Source of the DNA: Octopus sinensis | Taxonomy: Eukaryota | NCBI RefSeq assembly: GCF_006345805.1 | Contig: NC_043014.1 | Location: 12,958,001 to 13,022,000 of the forward strand | Length of the DNA: 64,000 nt | Reading direction: 5' to 3' | Part shown: one piece after another, positions 1 through 30,351 of the stretch | Layout of the letters: each line of letters opens with the position of its first letter | Position numbering within the stretch: the stretch's first letter is position 1 | Notes under the pieces: model-generated | Told to the model about the DNA's origin: nothing | Seen by the model: the letters and a program-made list of their open reading frames with translations, nothing else | Databases searched by the model: none | Translations under genes and position numbers: made by a program

Positions 1-980
1 TTTACATTTCTTGCCCACAAGAGATTATGTCCAAACTTTAGCAAACTGCTGTATGTCTTCTCAAATCATGATCACAAGAAAAGTTGTTGATAATTCTTAT
101 CAACAAAAACAAAGCTGATAAATAAGCACAGGTGTTATAAATTAAATTTAATACCAATAAACATCAGCTTGGATCACACTTTACTCACCTGACAGAGGAA
201 AGTGACCAATCAAACTTATTATGCAAACAGAATTCTGATTGGTTGAAAGTGTCTTCTTGTTTCAAACTCTGATTTTCCGCCCATTCTTGTTGGAACCTTT
301 GATATGGAATATTGAAATTTTAATCCCTTTCACATTTATAAAATGTCAGACAAACTTAAAAATTTGATATTACTGTTTTAGCTGGGAGACCTGATTGTTT
401 GGTTAACACACTGAAATAGACATTAAAAATCGAAAGGAGTAAATAAACAGCTTTGCAAGTTTGATTCATTGTTTATTGAAGAAGAGAGGTGCAAAATTTA
501 AGAAGTGACTTGTTTGGACATGTAAACATATGTTTATGAACTGATATGTGTGACTGTTACTCTGTTGCTTGAAATATGAGAGTAGAAAAAACAGCCAACA
601 ACTGATGAAGGGTCGTTCTTTATGTTGTTTGTCTTGTTTTCCATTTGTGTCTTTCGTTGTTCGAAAAAATAGTTCATATTCCATGTTTTTTTTTTTAATA
701 AATTTTAAACTATCAAAATATATACATACATACAACCTTCGACAGAATAAGTCATATACACAACTTGAACAGCCACGCATATTGGTACATAAACATACGT
801 TTACATGTACATACACATATACACACATGCAGACACAGCTACACAAATACATAAATACTCCATCCATACATAACACATATATATCATGAATTAACTGTTA
901 CTTTTTTCAGATGCAGATGATTTGTTTTATTTTTTATTTAAATATGACCTATTTATCCAATTTTCTTTCTTTTTTTCCAG

Positions 981-17996
<17,016 letters not shown>

Positions 17997-18130
17997 AGGG
18001 TTGTCGGCCCATTAACTTTTGCTGTCATCGTTCAGCCAGTACAACTGGTAAGGCTTTCCAGCCTCCGCTTGTACTCCACTTTAAAAATTCTTAACTATTA
18101 CCACAGGAGCAGCCACTGAGGCTAATAACC

Positions 18131-18200
<70 letters not shown>

Positions 18201-18694
18201 TACATACATACATACATATACACACACATACACACATATATAGAATATACTTATGTATACATACACATATAGAGTATATATATGTATTCATGCACATATA
18301 TAGTATATATATATGTATACATACACATATATAGAATATACATGCATACATTCACAAGATAAGGGCAGAAGAAAAATTCTAATGCCAGATACGCCGAAAC
18401 AAAAAATTTGTCGATAACCATTAAATTTATGCGTCTCGAAACAAACTGATAGAAATCTCTAAAAAAAATTTTGATTACTGTATTGGTCCAATTTTGGGGT
18501 TAATTCGCAAGAAATTTTCTCCTCTTCAGTGGCACATATGCAAGATATAAATGAAATACTTATTCATACCCACAAGCATACACATATATATAATATATAT
18601 GTATGCATACACACACATATATAGAGTGTATACATATAGTTTATAATAAACACACATAGTATATATATATATATGTGTGTGTATGTATGTATAT

Positions 18695-18748
<54 letters not shown>

Positions 18749-19074
18749 TAAAGTATATATATTATACACATACATATACTTCCACACCCATACATAGGAA
18801 GGTGGCTGCTTTTTTTTTTAACCTTCTCTTTCAATCATTAGTTCTTAACATCCTGTTTATTTTTTATATTTTTCATTTTTTTTTTCTTCCTTCCAACATA
18901 GATATATTTGTGTATGTATGTTGTGTGTGTGAGTGAGAGAGAAAGAGAGACTGGATGAGTCAGGTTGGTCAAGAGAGATGGTTGACATCACTCATTTTTA
19001 TTATCTTCATATTCTGGCTGAAAAGAATTAAAAATAAAAATGAAATATAAAAATAAACCTTTGTTCTGGAGTTA

Positions 19075-19469
19075 TCTTTATATATAAAAGTGAAGTTGTG
19101 TGTCTGTCTCCTACGATTTAGATTCCTAACTACTCCCACATTTTGCGGTGCAGTTTGACCAAAACCGGGTATCTTATAGTCGTGATTCATATCGAGCCCT
19201 TCTGGGTATTAGCGCGCGTCTACAATGAGTCTACGATTTATAAAAAAATTTAACATTTTTTTTCCATTTTAATGCATTTTTTCGCTATTATATAAGGGAA
19301 GTAACTCTCTAAAAATGTCTACGATGAGTCCACGATTTAAAAAAAAATTTACCATCATTTTTTCCCCATTTTTAATGCATTTTTTTCTATTTTTTGGCTA
19401 TGACTCTCTAAAAATACTTATATAGTTATTTCCCTTACAAACCCGAGCAACGCCGGGCGATACTGCTAG
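19075..19469 (+). mobile_element. Non-autonomous Helitron, same family as 17248
   Basis: A|TCTTTATATATAAAA start; identical 3' end cccgagcaacgccgggcgatactgCTAG|T. Confidence 0.88.
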
Positions 19470-19587
19470 TTTAACCTAAATGTTGTTATTTGAAGGTTTG
19501 GTGGAGGTATTGACATATTATTGTCAGGAATGGCACTTAGGGGCAAATACGTTAATTCAAAAACTTAGGCAGTTCATGACCTATTTC

Positions 19588-20176
19588 TGGGATGGGTGTA
19601 GATTATAAACCCTTTCACTTTCAGATTCATGTGATCACGTGACCGACCAGGCTATCAGATGTTGTTACACATCGCTGGTCACAATGCGCTTTTTGCATTG
19701 CTTTAGCCTTTAGCCTATTTCTGCAATTAAAAACTCCCAAATTTGTGGGATGCGTGTAGATTATAAACCTTTTCACTTTCAGATTCATGTGATCACGTGA
19801 CCGACCAGGCTATCAGATGTTACACATCGCTGGTCACAATGCGCTTTTTGTATTGCCTTAGCCTTTAGCCTATTTCTGCAATTAAAAACTCCCAAATTTG
19901 TGGGATGGGTGTAGATTATGAACCCTTTCACTTTCAGATTCATGTGATCGCGTGACCGACCAGGCTATCAGATGTTGTTACACATCGCTGGTCACAATGC
20001 GCTTTTTGTATTGCCTTAGCCTTTAGCCTATTTCTGCAATTAAAAACTCCCAAATTTGTGGGATGGGTGTAGATTATAAACCCTTTCACTTTCAGATTCA
20101 TGTGGTCACGTGACCGACCAGGCTATCAGATGTTACACATCGCTGGTCACAATGCGCTTTCGCATTGCTTTAGCCT
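19588..20176. repeat. ~157-bp tandem repeat (about 3.5-4 units) made of a family-B SINE tail plus flank
   Basis: gggatgggtgtagattataaaccc...cacgtgaccgaccaggctatcagatg recurs near 19590, 19748, 19903 and 20061. Confidence 0.9.
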
Positions 20177-21286
20177 TTAAATGATGCTAAACTGCTGGGT
20201 AGGTGAGCAGGCCAACAATTTCCCCTGATCGAAAGGGAGAGTGGAGCAGCGTGAAATGAAGTGCTTTGTTCAAGAACGGAAAGCATCACCCAGTCAAGGA
20301 ATTGAACCCACGACCGTTAGATTGTGGGTGCAACAGCCTAACCACTAGGCCATGCGCCTTCACGCGTTCAGATTAGTCTGTCAGATGTGTTGCTTGCTTA
20401 TTCATTGGTTTGAATCAATCATAGGCGCAGGAGTGGCTGTGTGGTAAGTAGTTTGCTTACCAACCACATGGTTCCGGGTTCAGTCCCACTGCGTGGCACC
20501 TTGGGCAAGTGTCTTCTACTATAGCCTCAGGCCGACCAAGGCCTTGTGAGTGGATTTGGTAGACGGAAGCTGAAAAGAAGCCCGTTGTATATATGTATAT
20601 ATATATATGCATGTGTTTGTCACCCTAGCATTGCTTGACAACCGATGCTGGTGTGTTTATGTCCCCGTTATTTAGCAGTTCGGCAAAAGAGACCGATAGA
20701 AGAATAAGTCCCGGGGTCGAGTTGCTCGATTAAAGGCGGTGCTCCAGCATGGCCGCAGTCAAATGACTGAAACAAGTAAAAGAGAGTAAGAGAGTATGCA
20801 TTATTTTGGGGCTTTGAGGTTGTGACGATAGTTGGCGTTAGCAAGGGCATCCAGCTGTAGAAACTCTGCCAGATCAAGATTGAAGCCTGGTGCAGCCATC
20901 TGGTTCGCCAGCCCTCAGTCATTCGTCCAACTCATGCTAGCATGGAAAGCGGACGTTAAACGATGATGATGATGTGGTTGTTTGTTTTCAGAATGTCATT
21001 GCAGGGTAGGTGTGAGAGGCTGGATCTGGTCCGTTTGAACATAAAGCAGATGGGATATTTTGACTGGACGTGGCCTGTTCGAATGCTAAAGGGTTAAATC
21101 AAGTTCATACTACACTATTTAACTGTTACTGTTTCTTCGAATTTGCAGGGATAAAAATGTGACAGCAGAGCCTGGTTGAGTTACTTGTGTTTATCATTTT
21201 ATTGTTATTTAGTGTCACGTTCTCTTTACAGTCATAGAGTCTGTTATTTACAATAAAGTATTCTGTCTGATTGTATGGAGAGGAAA

Positions 21287-22201
21287 GGCGGCGAGTTGGC
21301 AGAACCGTTAGAACGCCGGGCGAAATGCGTGGCCGTATTTTGTTTGCCGTTACGTTCTGAGTTCCAATTCTGCCGAGGTCGTCTTTGCCTTTCATCCTTT
21401 CGGGGTCGATAAATTAAGTACCAGTTACGCACTGGGATCGATGTAATCGACTTGATCCGTTTGTCCCCTCTGTGTTTAGCCCCTTGTGGGTAGTAAAGAA
21501 ATAGGTATTTCGTCTGTCTTTACGTTCTGAATTCAAATTCCGCCGAGGTCGACTTTGCCTTTCATCCTTTCGGGGTCGATAAATTAAGTACCAGTTACGC
21601 ACTGGGGTCGATATAATCGACTTGATCCGTTTGTTTGTCCTTGTTTGTCCCCTCTGTGTTTAGCTCCTTGTGGGTAGTAAAGAAATAGGTATTTCGTCTG
21701 TCTTTACGTTCTGAGTTCAAATTCCGCCGAGGTCGACTTTGCCTTTCATCCTTTCGGGATCGATAAATTAATTACCAGTTGCGTACTGGGGTCGATGTAG
21801 TCGACTTAATCCGTTTGCCCTCTCTGTGTTTAGCTCCTCGTGGGTAGTAAAGAAATAGGTATTTCGTCTGTCTTTACGTTCTGAATTCAAATTCCGCCGA
21901 GGTCGACTTTGCCTTTCATCCTTTCGGGGTCGATAAATTAAGTACCAGTTACGCACTGGGGTCGATATAATCGACTTGATCCGTTTGTTTGTCCCCTCTG
22001 TGTTTAGCTCCTTGTGGGTAGTAAAGAAATAGGTATTTCGTCTGTCTTTACGTTCTGAGTTCAAATTCCGCCGAGGTCGACTTTGCCTTTCATCCTTTCG
22101 GGATCGATAAATTAATTACCAGTTGCGTACTGGGGTCGATGTAGTCGACTTAATCCGTTTGCCCTCTCTGTGTTTAGCTCCTCGTGGGTAGTAAAGAAAT
22201 A
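21287..22201 (+). mobile_element. Nin/Deu-domain SINE with one head and five tandem bodies
   Basis: Head ggcggcgagttggcagaa; body gaggtcgactttgcctttcatcctttcggggtcgataaattaagtaccag repeated 5 times; flanking direct repeat tgtatggagag. Confidence 0.88.
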
Positions 22202-22499
22202 TGTATGGAGAGTGAAGTATATGGTTCTAGTTGGAACCCTTAGGTTTGCTCTGCTGAAATGAAATTGCCTGGTTAAGAGTTCATACAGGTACAGTTAAAA
22301 TACCGGACATCTAGCTATGTTATGGTACCAACCAGCTTGCTAGAGAACGTGTTTAACTCCTCACTGGTTTATCCCGAGTTTACTCCTGCGTCGCAAATGT
22401 ATCTCTTTAGAACCAGACAAGTATACTTGGTCAAAATTAACTTAATTTTAGCACTCAAACGAGTTTATTTGTTTTGTGTCGTTTCATTTTTGAGCAATC

Positions 22500-22921
22500 A
22501 CGAATTTACTTGCATTGTTTAAAAAGAAGTATTTTTTCATTTGATGGATTTGGCTATCTGGAATGCTTATGTTTTGTATAAAACATCTTTGGAAACTTCA
22601 CCTTTTGCTATGAAACCGCTGAAATTTAGAATGCAAATAATCACCAAGATTATTGAAAAATATAGGCCTTTATTGTCTCCTACGTCACCAGGAAGACCAT
22701 CATCGATCCCACATCCAACAAGATTTGCCCCAGCTGGTCACTTTCCCATGGAAATACCACCAAGTGATAAGAAAAAGAACCCTACAAGACAGCGTGCAAA
22801 ATGCGCAGAGAAGAGAGAAGCTAAAGGAAAGAAGATTCGAAGAGAAAGCAGATACATGTGTGATGTCTGCAAGATAACTTTGTGTGTAACTCCTTGTTTT
22901 AAAAATTATCATTCTAAATAA
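22500..22921 (+). mobile_element. piggyBac (PGBD4-like) transposase C-terminal remnant
   Basis: FHLMDLAIWNAYVLY...FRMQII...GHFP...RRESRYMCDVCKITLCVTPCFKNYH; C-terminal Cys-rich domain, in-frame stop upstream. Confidence 0.85.
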
Positions 22922-23199
22922 CTGTCTATCTCATTAAAAAAAAATTTTCCTTTGATTTAAAAGCAATACATCGTATAAAAAATCGAAGATAGTTAAGTTA
23001 TATGTATTTTTCAATGTCCGAGTTAACTCGTTTAAATCCAAATGAGTAAAAGTACATTTTAATTTCTATAATAAAAAATAAAGGAAACAAGATAAAAAAA
23101 CCCCCCTTTTTTTGTAATTAACACAGTGTATATAACTTTTACGGATTCCATGGACAGCGAGGCTCACCAATGGAGAAGTTCTTAAGTAGATCAGGCCGA

Positions 23200-23470
23200 A
23201 AAGGTCGCTAGAAGCTAGGATCACCAAGCATAGACTGGCATATTTCGGTCATATGCGGAGAAAATCCCTGGAGAAGGACATCATGCTCGGAATGGTCAGT
23301 GGCAAGAGAGGAAGAGGCCGACCAAGAACCTGCTGGCTTGACACCATTAAGAGTGATACCGGAATGGACATAGCCAATCTGAAAGAAGCGGCCCAGGATA
23401 GAACTGACTGGAGGACACTGATCCAACGAGTAACCGAGAGTCGACTTCGACTGAGCGGATAGATAGATAT
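23200..23470 (+). mobile_element. RTE/BovB-like LINE 3' fragment
   Basis: YFGHMRRKSLEKDIMLGMVSGKRGRGRPRTCWLD...AAQDR..WR, the typical RTE ORF end. Confidence 0.8.
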
Positions 23471-24946
23471 AACTAAAAAAGGGAATAAAAAAATATGCTC
23501 TGAAATGAAACGCCATGTCAAAATAATTGATCCATTAAGGGGTGAAGTCAAATCTGCATACAACATTCCCCAAAACACCAAAGATAAAGATGACAGATTT
23601 CACACTTGTTTTCAGATGCTTAGGTGAGCCTCCCTGGTGCACAATTCCCTATTGAAAGACTGAAAATGATTTGAAACAAAGGCTCTCCTGGAGAAAACGT
23701 TATGGCCGTTGTGACGTCATAACAACGGTTTCTAAGAATTAAAAATCCATTGTACTAGACCAGTGGTTCCCAAACTTCTTCGGGCTGCTCCATCCTTGAC
23801 ACCCAAGCCACATTCCTAGCGCCCCAACTAACCAGACCTTTCTGAGGGCAAAGTCAAAGCAACTCTCTTTTACTCTTTTACTTGTTTCAGTCATTTGACT
23901 GCGGCCATGCTGGAGCACCGCCTTTAGTCGAGCAAATCGACCCCAGGACGTATTCTTTGTAAGCCCAGTACTTATTCTATCGGTCTCTTTTGCCAAACCG
24001 CTAAGTGACGGGGACGTAAACACACCAGCATCGGTTGTTAAGCGATGCTAGGGGGACAAACACAGACACACAAACATACCCACACACACATATATATATA
24101 TATACATACATATATACGACGGGCTTCTTTCAGTTTCCGTCTACCAAATCCACTCACAAGGCTTTGGTCGGCCCGAGGCTATAGTAGAAGACACTTGCCC
24201 AAGATGCCACGCAGTGGGACTGAACCTGGAACCATGTGGTTGGTAAGCAAGCTACTTACCATACAGCCACTACTGCGCCTGTATATAACAAATGAAACTT
24301 AACCCATTATTTTGATGTTTTTATATGAATCGCTACCCTGTTATCGTCCCACTTTTTACACGAATTGTTTGTTCCTTCCCGAGCCATGCTTAGCTCATTA
24401 GGGCCGGTTTCCCGGTTACCTTGGCGTATAGGTTCCCCACCCGGACGGGACGCCGGTTCGTCGCAGGTGAGCTGCAAGATGCAGGAGGAAAGACTGAGAA
24501 AAAGTTGTGGCGAAAGAGTCAGCAGAAATTCGCCATTACCTTTTGCCGGAGCCGCGTGGAGCTTAGGTGTTTCGCTCATAAACACACACATTGCCCGGTC
24601 TGAGATTCGAAACCGCGATCCCTCGACCGCGAGTCCGCTGCTCGAACCACTAGGCCATGTGCCTCCACTTTACATGAATTACTACTCCATTATCACCCCA
24701 CATTTCTTCAATGTCCCCCTTAGAACTTTACACCGCCCACTTTGGAAACCACTGCACTAGACGAATACTTCTCAATTTTGCATACACAAACAAGTGTGTA
24801 CACACATATTGGTTCATACTCATACATATACATGCGCACATACACGTACGGGTGTTTGTAAATATGCATATCTACCTGTCGATGTATCAATCACTTAACC
24901 ATTTTCTCTGTCTTCCACGGTCTAACGTAAAGTCTATATGCATGTA

Positions 24947-25798
24947 CAGTGATCCCTCGACTATCGCGGGTGTTATACGTTCCTAAACACCCCGCGATAG
25001 GTGAAAATCCGCGAAGTGGAAACTACTGTACTGTATATTTTTAGAAGGTACTGAACGTTTGGGCGACACTGTAGGGCTCGAAATAAATTCACAATTTTAC
25101 ACATAAATTGAAAACAACACCCCACACTTGCCTCCCAAGTTTCGTTCTCCACACAGTATGTGCAATTCTTTGTTTACTCATCTACGGTACACTACGTATT
25201 TTCTTTTAATATATTTTAATTAATGTGTTATACAGTGCAGTAGGGGGATCTTTTCGGTTTGAACGGCACCTATAATTATGACCCTAGTATCGATCTATTG
25301 CATTTCAATGTTTTAGGGTTGGGGGAAGGGTATCTTTTTTTCTTCAGAAATGTAAATAAACCCAATCTGTTTCTTAAACGAGGGACATATTCATACGACA
25401 CAGAATGTTTTCACCTCAATAGACGTCATTGATTGGTTGAAATTGCAGAAATTGAAGAAAAACAAAAACAACAAATATCTTACAAACTATAGAATTTTCT
25501 CAATAAAGCCAAGAGAAAAAGATGTTTTATAAACACATTCTACCAGTATACGAAGTTTAAAAGTGTTTAGTTAAGTGGAAATTATTTTAAAAAACTGCTG
25601 TTCAAACCGAAAAGATCCCAGTAGGGTACTCTATTTTTGTTTATTAATTTTTAGGCGTGAAAATGCTTATTTCACTACAAATTAAAATATAATACCTATC
25701 GGCCACAGAAACCCGTGCGATACGAAGGAATCTGCGATATAAATTTACATATATTAGCCAGAAAAATCCGTGATGTACTGAAGGCGCGATAGGTGAAG
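24947..25798. mobile_element. pogo/Tigger-like MITE lacking its right TIR
   Basis: TA|CAGTGATCCCTCGACTATCGCGG left end; subterminal gcgataggtgaa motif at both ends; truncated at ggtgaag. Confidence 0.65.
25246..25618. mobile_element. MITE with GG termini and 8-bp TSD (Merlin-like), nested in the pogo-like MITE
   Basis: TIR ggatcttttcggtttgaac / gttcaaaccgaaaagatcc; TSD cagtaggg at 25238-25245 and 25619-25626. Confidence 0.85.
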
Positions 25799-25813
25799 AC
25801 ATTATTTCGGCCT

Positions 25814-28261
25814 CCTTTCAGGAGCACTTCGCTCAGCTTTTCGGTGATGCGCGGGCTGGATAGGAGGAGGGCCTTTACGGACCTACTCGACGGCTGCCGC
25901 GCTTATCGGGGCGAGATGCGGAGGGCTGTGAAGGGCCAATCACGCCTGAGGAGGTGGTTGGGGGGAGGGGACCATGCGGCGCTGCGCGGCAGGCCGCCGG
26001 TTGGATGGTCTACCCTATGAGTTATATAAGAGTATGCCAGACTTGTTCGGGCACCTACTGGCGGAGGTCTATGCGACTGGCAGCAGAACGGGCTTATACC
26101 CAGATCTGTGCGCCGGGGAGTAGTGACTCTCGTCAGAAAGGACCCGAGCAAGGGGGAGTGCATTGATAATTTCAGGCCCATCACTCTGCTAAACACAGAG
26201 TTGAAGATTTTGGCCAAAGTGTTATCGAAAAGATTGGCGCGTGTCGCGGATGGTCTGATCGGAGAGGCACAGACATGTGCCGTTCCGGGCAGATCCATTC
26301 AGGATATCTCCATCTAATGCGGTACACTATAGAGGGGTTTAATAGTGATTCTGGCAAGGGTGGGGCACTGGTCCATTTAGACCAATCTAAAGCTTTTGAT
26401 AGGGTCGACCATCGTTACCTGGTGTCTGCCCTGGCACAGTTCGGGCTGAGCCTTGGCTTCCTCAGGTGGATTATCCAAATTTATGATAACATCGACTCGG
26501 TAGTTCGGGTGAACGGCTTCTTGTCGAAGCCGTTCAAAATCAAACGCTCGGTTCGTCAAGGGTGTCCGCTCTCCCCGCTTTTGTACGTGATGGCTCTTGA
26601 GCCATTACTGCGAAAACTGAGCGGCATCCCGAGACAGCCAGGTAATGGAAAATCAGTGTCAGCGTACGCGGATGACATCACCATCATCGTAACCGAAATG
26701 GACCACCTATGTAAAGTAGGCAAGGCCATAGAGGTTTACGAGACGGTGACAGGAGCAAAAGTTAATCGCGAAAAGTCAGTCGGCTTGCAACTCGGCACCT
26801 GGAGAGGCAAGTCGATGCCTCCTGACAGCGTCGTGGGACGTTGGACGGAGGGTCCGATTAAACTGCTAGGGGTCTGGTTCGGTCCAGACCTCCAAATAGA
26901 GAAGAATTGGGGCGAGGTAACGAGCAAGGTGGCTGCAGTAGCCAAGACCTGGTCTTGGCGGTGGCTATCCCTGAAAGGGAGGGCGGAGGTGGCCAATGTG
27001 TTTATCGCATCGGTTATCACCTACCGCCTTTCCGTCGTTCCTTGCCCTGATTCGTGGTTGATCAAGTTGGAAAGACAGCTCTTCTACTTCTTGTGGAAGG
27101 GCGGGAAACCACTTGTGAAACGCTCTACTTGCTGTCAACAAAACCGTTAAAGGGTGGGCTAGGGATGCCTTGGCTGATGATGCGCAGACATGCGCTGAGG
27201 TTAAGACATCTGTGGCTCTACCTGGATGGTGAACGGGTGTGGTCTTCGCTAGCAAAACTGATGTTTCCCAAGTTCACTAGTTTCGGTGGATGGGAAACCT
27301 GGCTGAATCGTAGATCGAAACTTGGTACTTGGTACACGGAGTGTCGCAAGGCTCTCCTGCTATTCCGTCGCTCGGGCAACGCCTGCGGTGGGGGTTCCAC
27401 CACATTCCTCTATAGAGGGTTGGTAGAGGCGGAATGTGAAGATACCTTGGGGGAAACCCTAGGTCTCGACGATAATCAGCTGGCCAGTCTGTTCCGACGT
27501 ACGTTCGAGCCGAGGACACTGGACAACTTCCAGAAGTCTCTGGCATGGCAATGCTACAGAGGAGCTCTACCTGTTCGGGATAAACTCGCAAGGCACGGTG
27601 GCCAAGACAGTCCGATATGTCCAAGATGCGGGCGGGATAGGGAAACCGTCCCGCACGCGATTGTTCATTGTCCGGACGTGTCTGAGGTGTGGGTTTATGC
27701 CGAACACCTGTTGTCAGGTACACGAAGAGTACAGCTGTCGACTGAGTCGATTACAAAAATTGACCCACCGGATTTCCTCGTGAATGAAGGTAAGTTTCGT
27801 TTTCTCGTTGTAGTAGCAATTGCGAAAGAGGTGATATGGAAGACGAGAATGAAAGGTTTACAGTCAGGCAAGTTCATCTCCGGCCCTGGTTTGATGAACT
27901 ATTTCATCTTTCACCTGAAAAGGAAGATAGGGCTGGAAAGAATATGCCTGACTAGGAGAGTGTATGAAGAACGATGGAAGGATGTAGCACGAAAGTTGCG
28001 AGTGAAAGATACAACATAAATGTAATACCAAGTGCAACCAAAAGTATCAGTGGGGAGGCGGGGCTCGTGGGGTCCGAGCTAAACCGCACCCACTCACTCC
28101 ACCCGTAACGTCTTCCGGTCTGTCCCATCATTCGATTTCTGTCCATTTATTGTAATTCATGAAAATTTTTAAATTCGATTTAGTGTAAAAACCCATTCGT
28201 TTGTCTGACCCAGATTGTATTGTCCCATCTATGTTCGCCCCTTGTGGGTAATAATAAAATC
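25814..28261 (+). mobile_element. 5'-truncated L1/Tx1-clade LINE (RT plus zf-RVT), frameshifted
   Basis: FRPITLLNTELKILAK, LDQSKAFDRVDH, VRQGCPLSPLLY, AYADD, CPRCGRDRETVPHAIVHC; frameshifts near 26300 and 27140; 15-bp TSD acattatttcggcct at 25799-25813 and 28262-28276. Confidence 0.95.
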
Positions 28262-29410
28262 ACATTATTTCGGCCTAGATAAAGGCAATCTGGAAATGTA
28301 AAACTGCTGCCAGAGAGAAAAACCATTGTTCCACCATGGGAACAGTTCTGTTGAAGTGTTAATTTAAATTTGGCTATGGTGGATCGAATCCACTTCATGC
28401 ATGCAAGATCCACTCCAGATCGACTAGACCTAACAAACCTATACTATCGACCCCTAGAACACTACCGTCGTACTGGGACACATGAGATCAATTACCCACT
28501 TTCCTACCTATCAGCCGCAGAAACCTGCGACATACTAAGGAGTCTGCGATATAAATTTACATATATTAGCCAGAAAAATCCGTGATGTACTGAAGGCGCG
28601 ATAGGTGAAGACATTATTTCGGCCTAGATAAAGGCAATCTGGAAATGTAAAACTGCTGCAGAGAGAAAAACCATTGTTCCACCATGGGAACAGTTCTGTT
28701 GAAGTGTTAATTTAAATTTGGCTATGGTGGATCGAATCCACTTCATGCATGCAAGATCCACTCCAGATCGACTAGACCTAACAAACCTATACTATCGACC
28801 CCTAGAACACTACCGTCGTACTGGGACACATGAGATCAATTACCCACTTTCCTACCTATCAGCCGCAGAAACCTGCGACATACTAAGGAGTCTGCGATAT
28901 AAATTTACATATATTAGCCAGAAAAATCCGTGATGTACTGAAGGCGCGATAGGTGAAGACATTATTTCGGCCTAGATAAAGGCAATCTGGAAATGTAAAA
29001 CTGCTGCCAGAGAGAAAAACCATTGTTCCACCATGGGAACAGTTCTGTTGAAGTGTTAATTTAAATTTGGCTATGGTGGATCGAATCCACTTCATGCATG
29101 CAAGATCCACACCAGATCGACTAGACCTAACAAACCTATACTATCGACCCCTAGAACACTACCGTCGTACTGGGACACATGAGATCAGTTACCCACTTTC
29201 CTACCTATCAGCCGCAGAAATCCGCAACATACTAAGGAGTTTGCGATATAAATTTACATATATTAGCCAGAAAAATCCGTGATGTACTGAAGGCGCGAAT
29301 CCACTTCATGCATGCAATATCCACTACAGATTGACTAGACCTAACAAACCTATACTATCGACCCCTAGACACTACCGTCGTACTGGGACACATGAGGTCA
29401 GCTACTCACT
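28262..29410. repeat. ~349-bp tandem array (3 units plus a partial unit)
   Basis: The same small ORF recurs at 28370, 28718 and 29067; each unit ends in the pogo-MITE subterminal sequence. Confidence 0.92.
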
Positions 29411-30351
29411 TTCCTGGTGTATAAATGACCAAGATCACAACATTTCTCCTAAACGGGATGCCAGTCCGTTGCAGGGTCATTCATTTACAGCTGAGGAGAC
29501 TGGAAAAGTGTGCAATGAAGTGTTTTTGTTCAAGAACAAAATATGTCGCCCGATCCAGCATTCGAAACTTCGAACTTGCGATCGTGAGTGCAACACACTA
29601 ACCTCCAGACCACGCACCTTCACTGACCTTATGCCAGTAAGAGGAAGTTTGAAGGAGATTTGATGCCTGTTCCTAGCAAATCGCACAGCTACAGAGTGGG
29701 TGCCTGGTTGGCCCGGTTAAACGTGGTCAATCTTCGTTGTAGAAATAGCATCCAAATCTCTTTTAAACAACACTCTATCGTCTTAAAAAAATAGAAAGAT
29801 ATACTAGAGCAGTGGTTCCTAAACTATGAGCCGCGACCCACAGATGGGTTGCGAACGGAATCTTAGTGGGTCGCAAAATATAAAATTACGCAGTGGCTGT
29901 GTGGTAAGTAGCTTGCTAACCAACCACATGGTTCCGGGTTCAGTCCCACTGCGTGGCATCTTGGGCAAGTGTCTTCTGCTATAGCCCTGGGCCGACCAAT
30001 GCCTTGTGAGTGGATTTGGTAGACGGAAACTGAAAGAAGCCTGTCGTATATATGTATATATATGTATGTATGTGTGTGTATTTGTGTGTCTGTGTTTGTT
30101 CCCCTAGCATTGCTTGACAACCGATGCTGGTGTGTTTACGCCCCCGTAACTTAGCGGTTCGGCAAAAAAGAGACCGATAGAATAAGTACTGGGCTTACAC
30201 AAAGAATAAGTCCCGGGGTCGAGTTGCTCGACTAAAGGCGGTGCTCCAGCATGGCCGCAGTCAGATGACTAAAACAAGTAAAAGAGAGAGTTAGCTTTGA
30301 TTAACTGTTGTCTATCGAGATAGTTTCAAGACTTAAGTGGGACGCGACTCA

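Noticed and set aside
901-980. Alternative RNMT acceptor at ttttcag|ATG (910/911)
   Set aside because: The in-frame extension (MQMICFIFYLN...) is pyrimidine-rich intron-like sequence with no RNMT similarity.
21287-22201. CRISPR-like repeat array
   Set aside because: The context is eukaryotic and whole units repeat with no unique spacers. The same applies to 19588-20176 and 43663-44690.
23757-23850. Complete hAT/Charlie MITE (also 29806-29880)
   Set aside because: Only left ends (CAGTGGTTCCCAAAC after CTAGA) are visible and no matching right TIR was found.
28370-29282. Three identical 71-aa ORFs (MAMVDRIHF...)
   Set aside because: By-product of the 349-bp tandem unit; they begin with TTG and cross a MITE junction.
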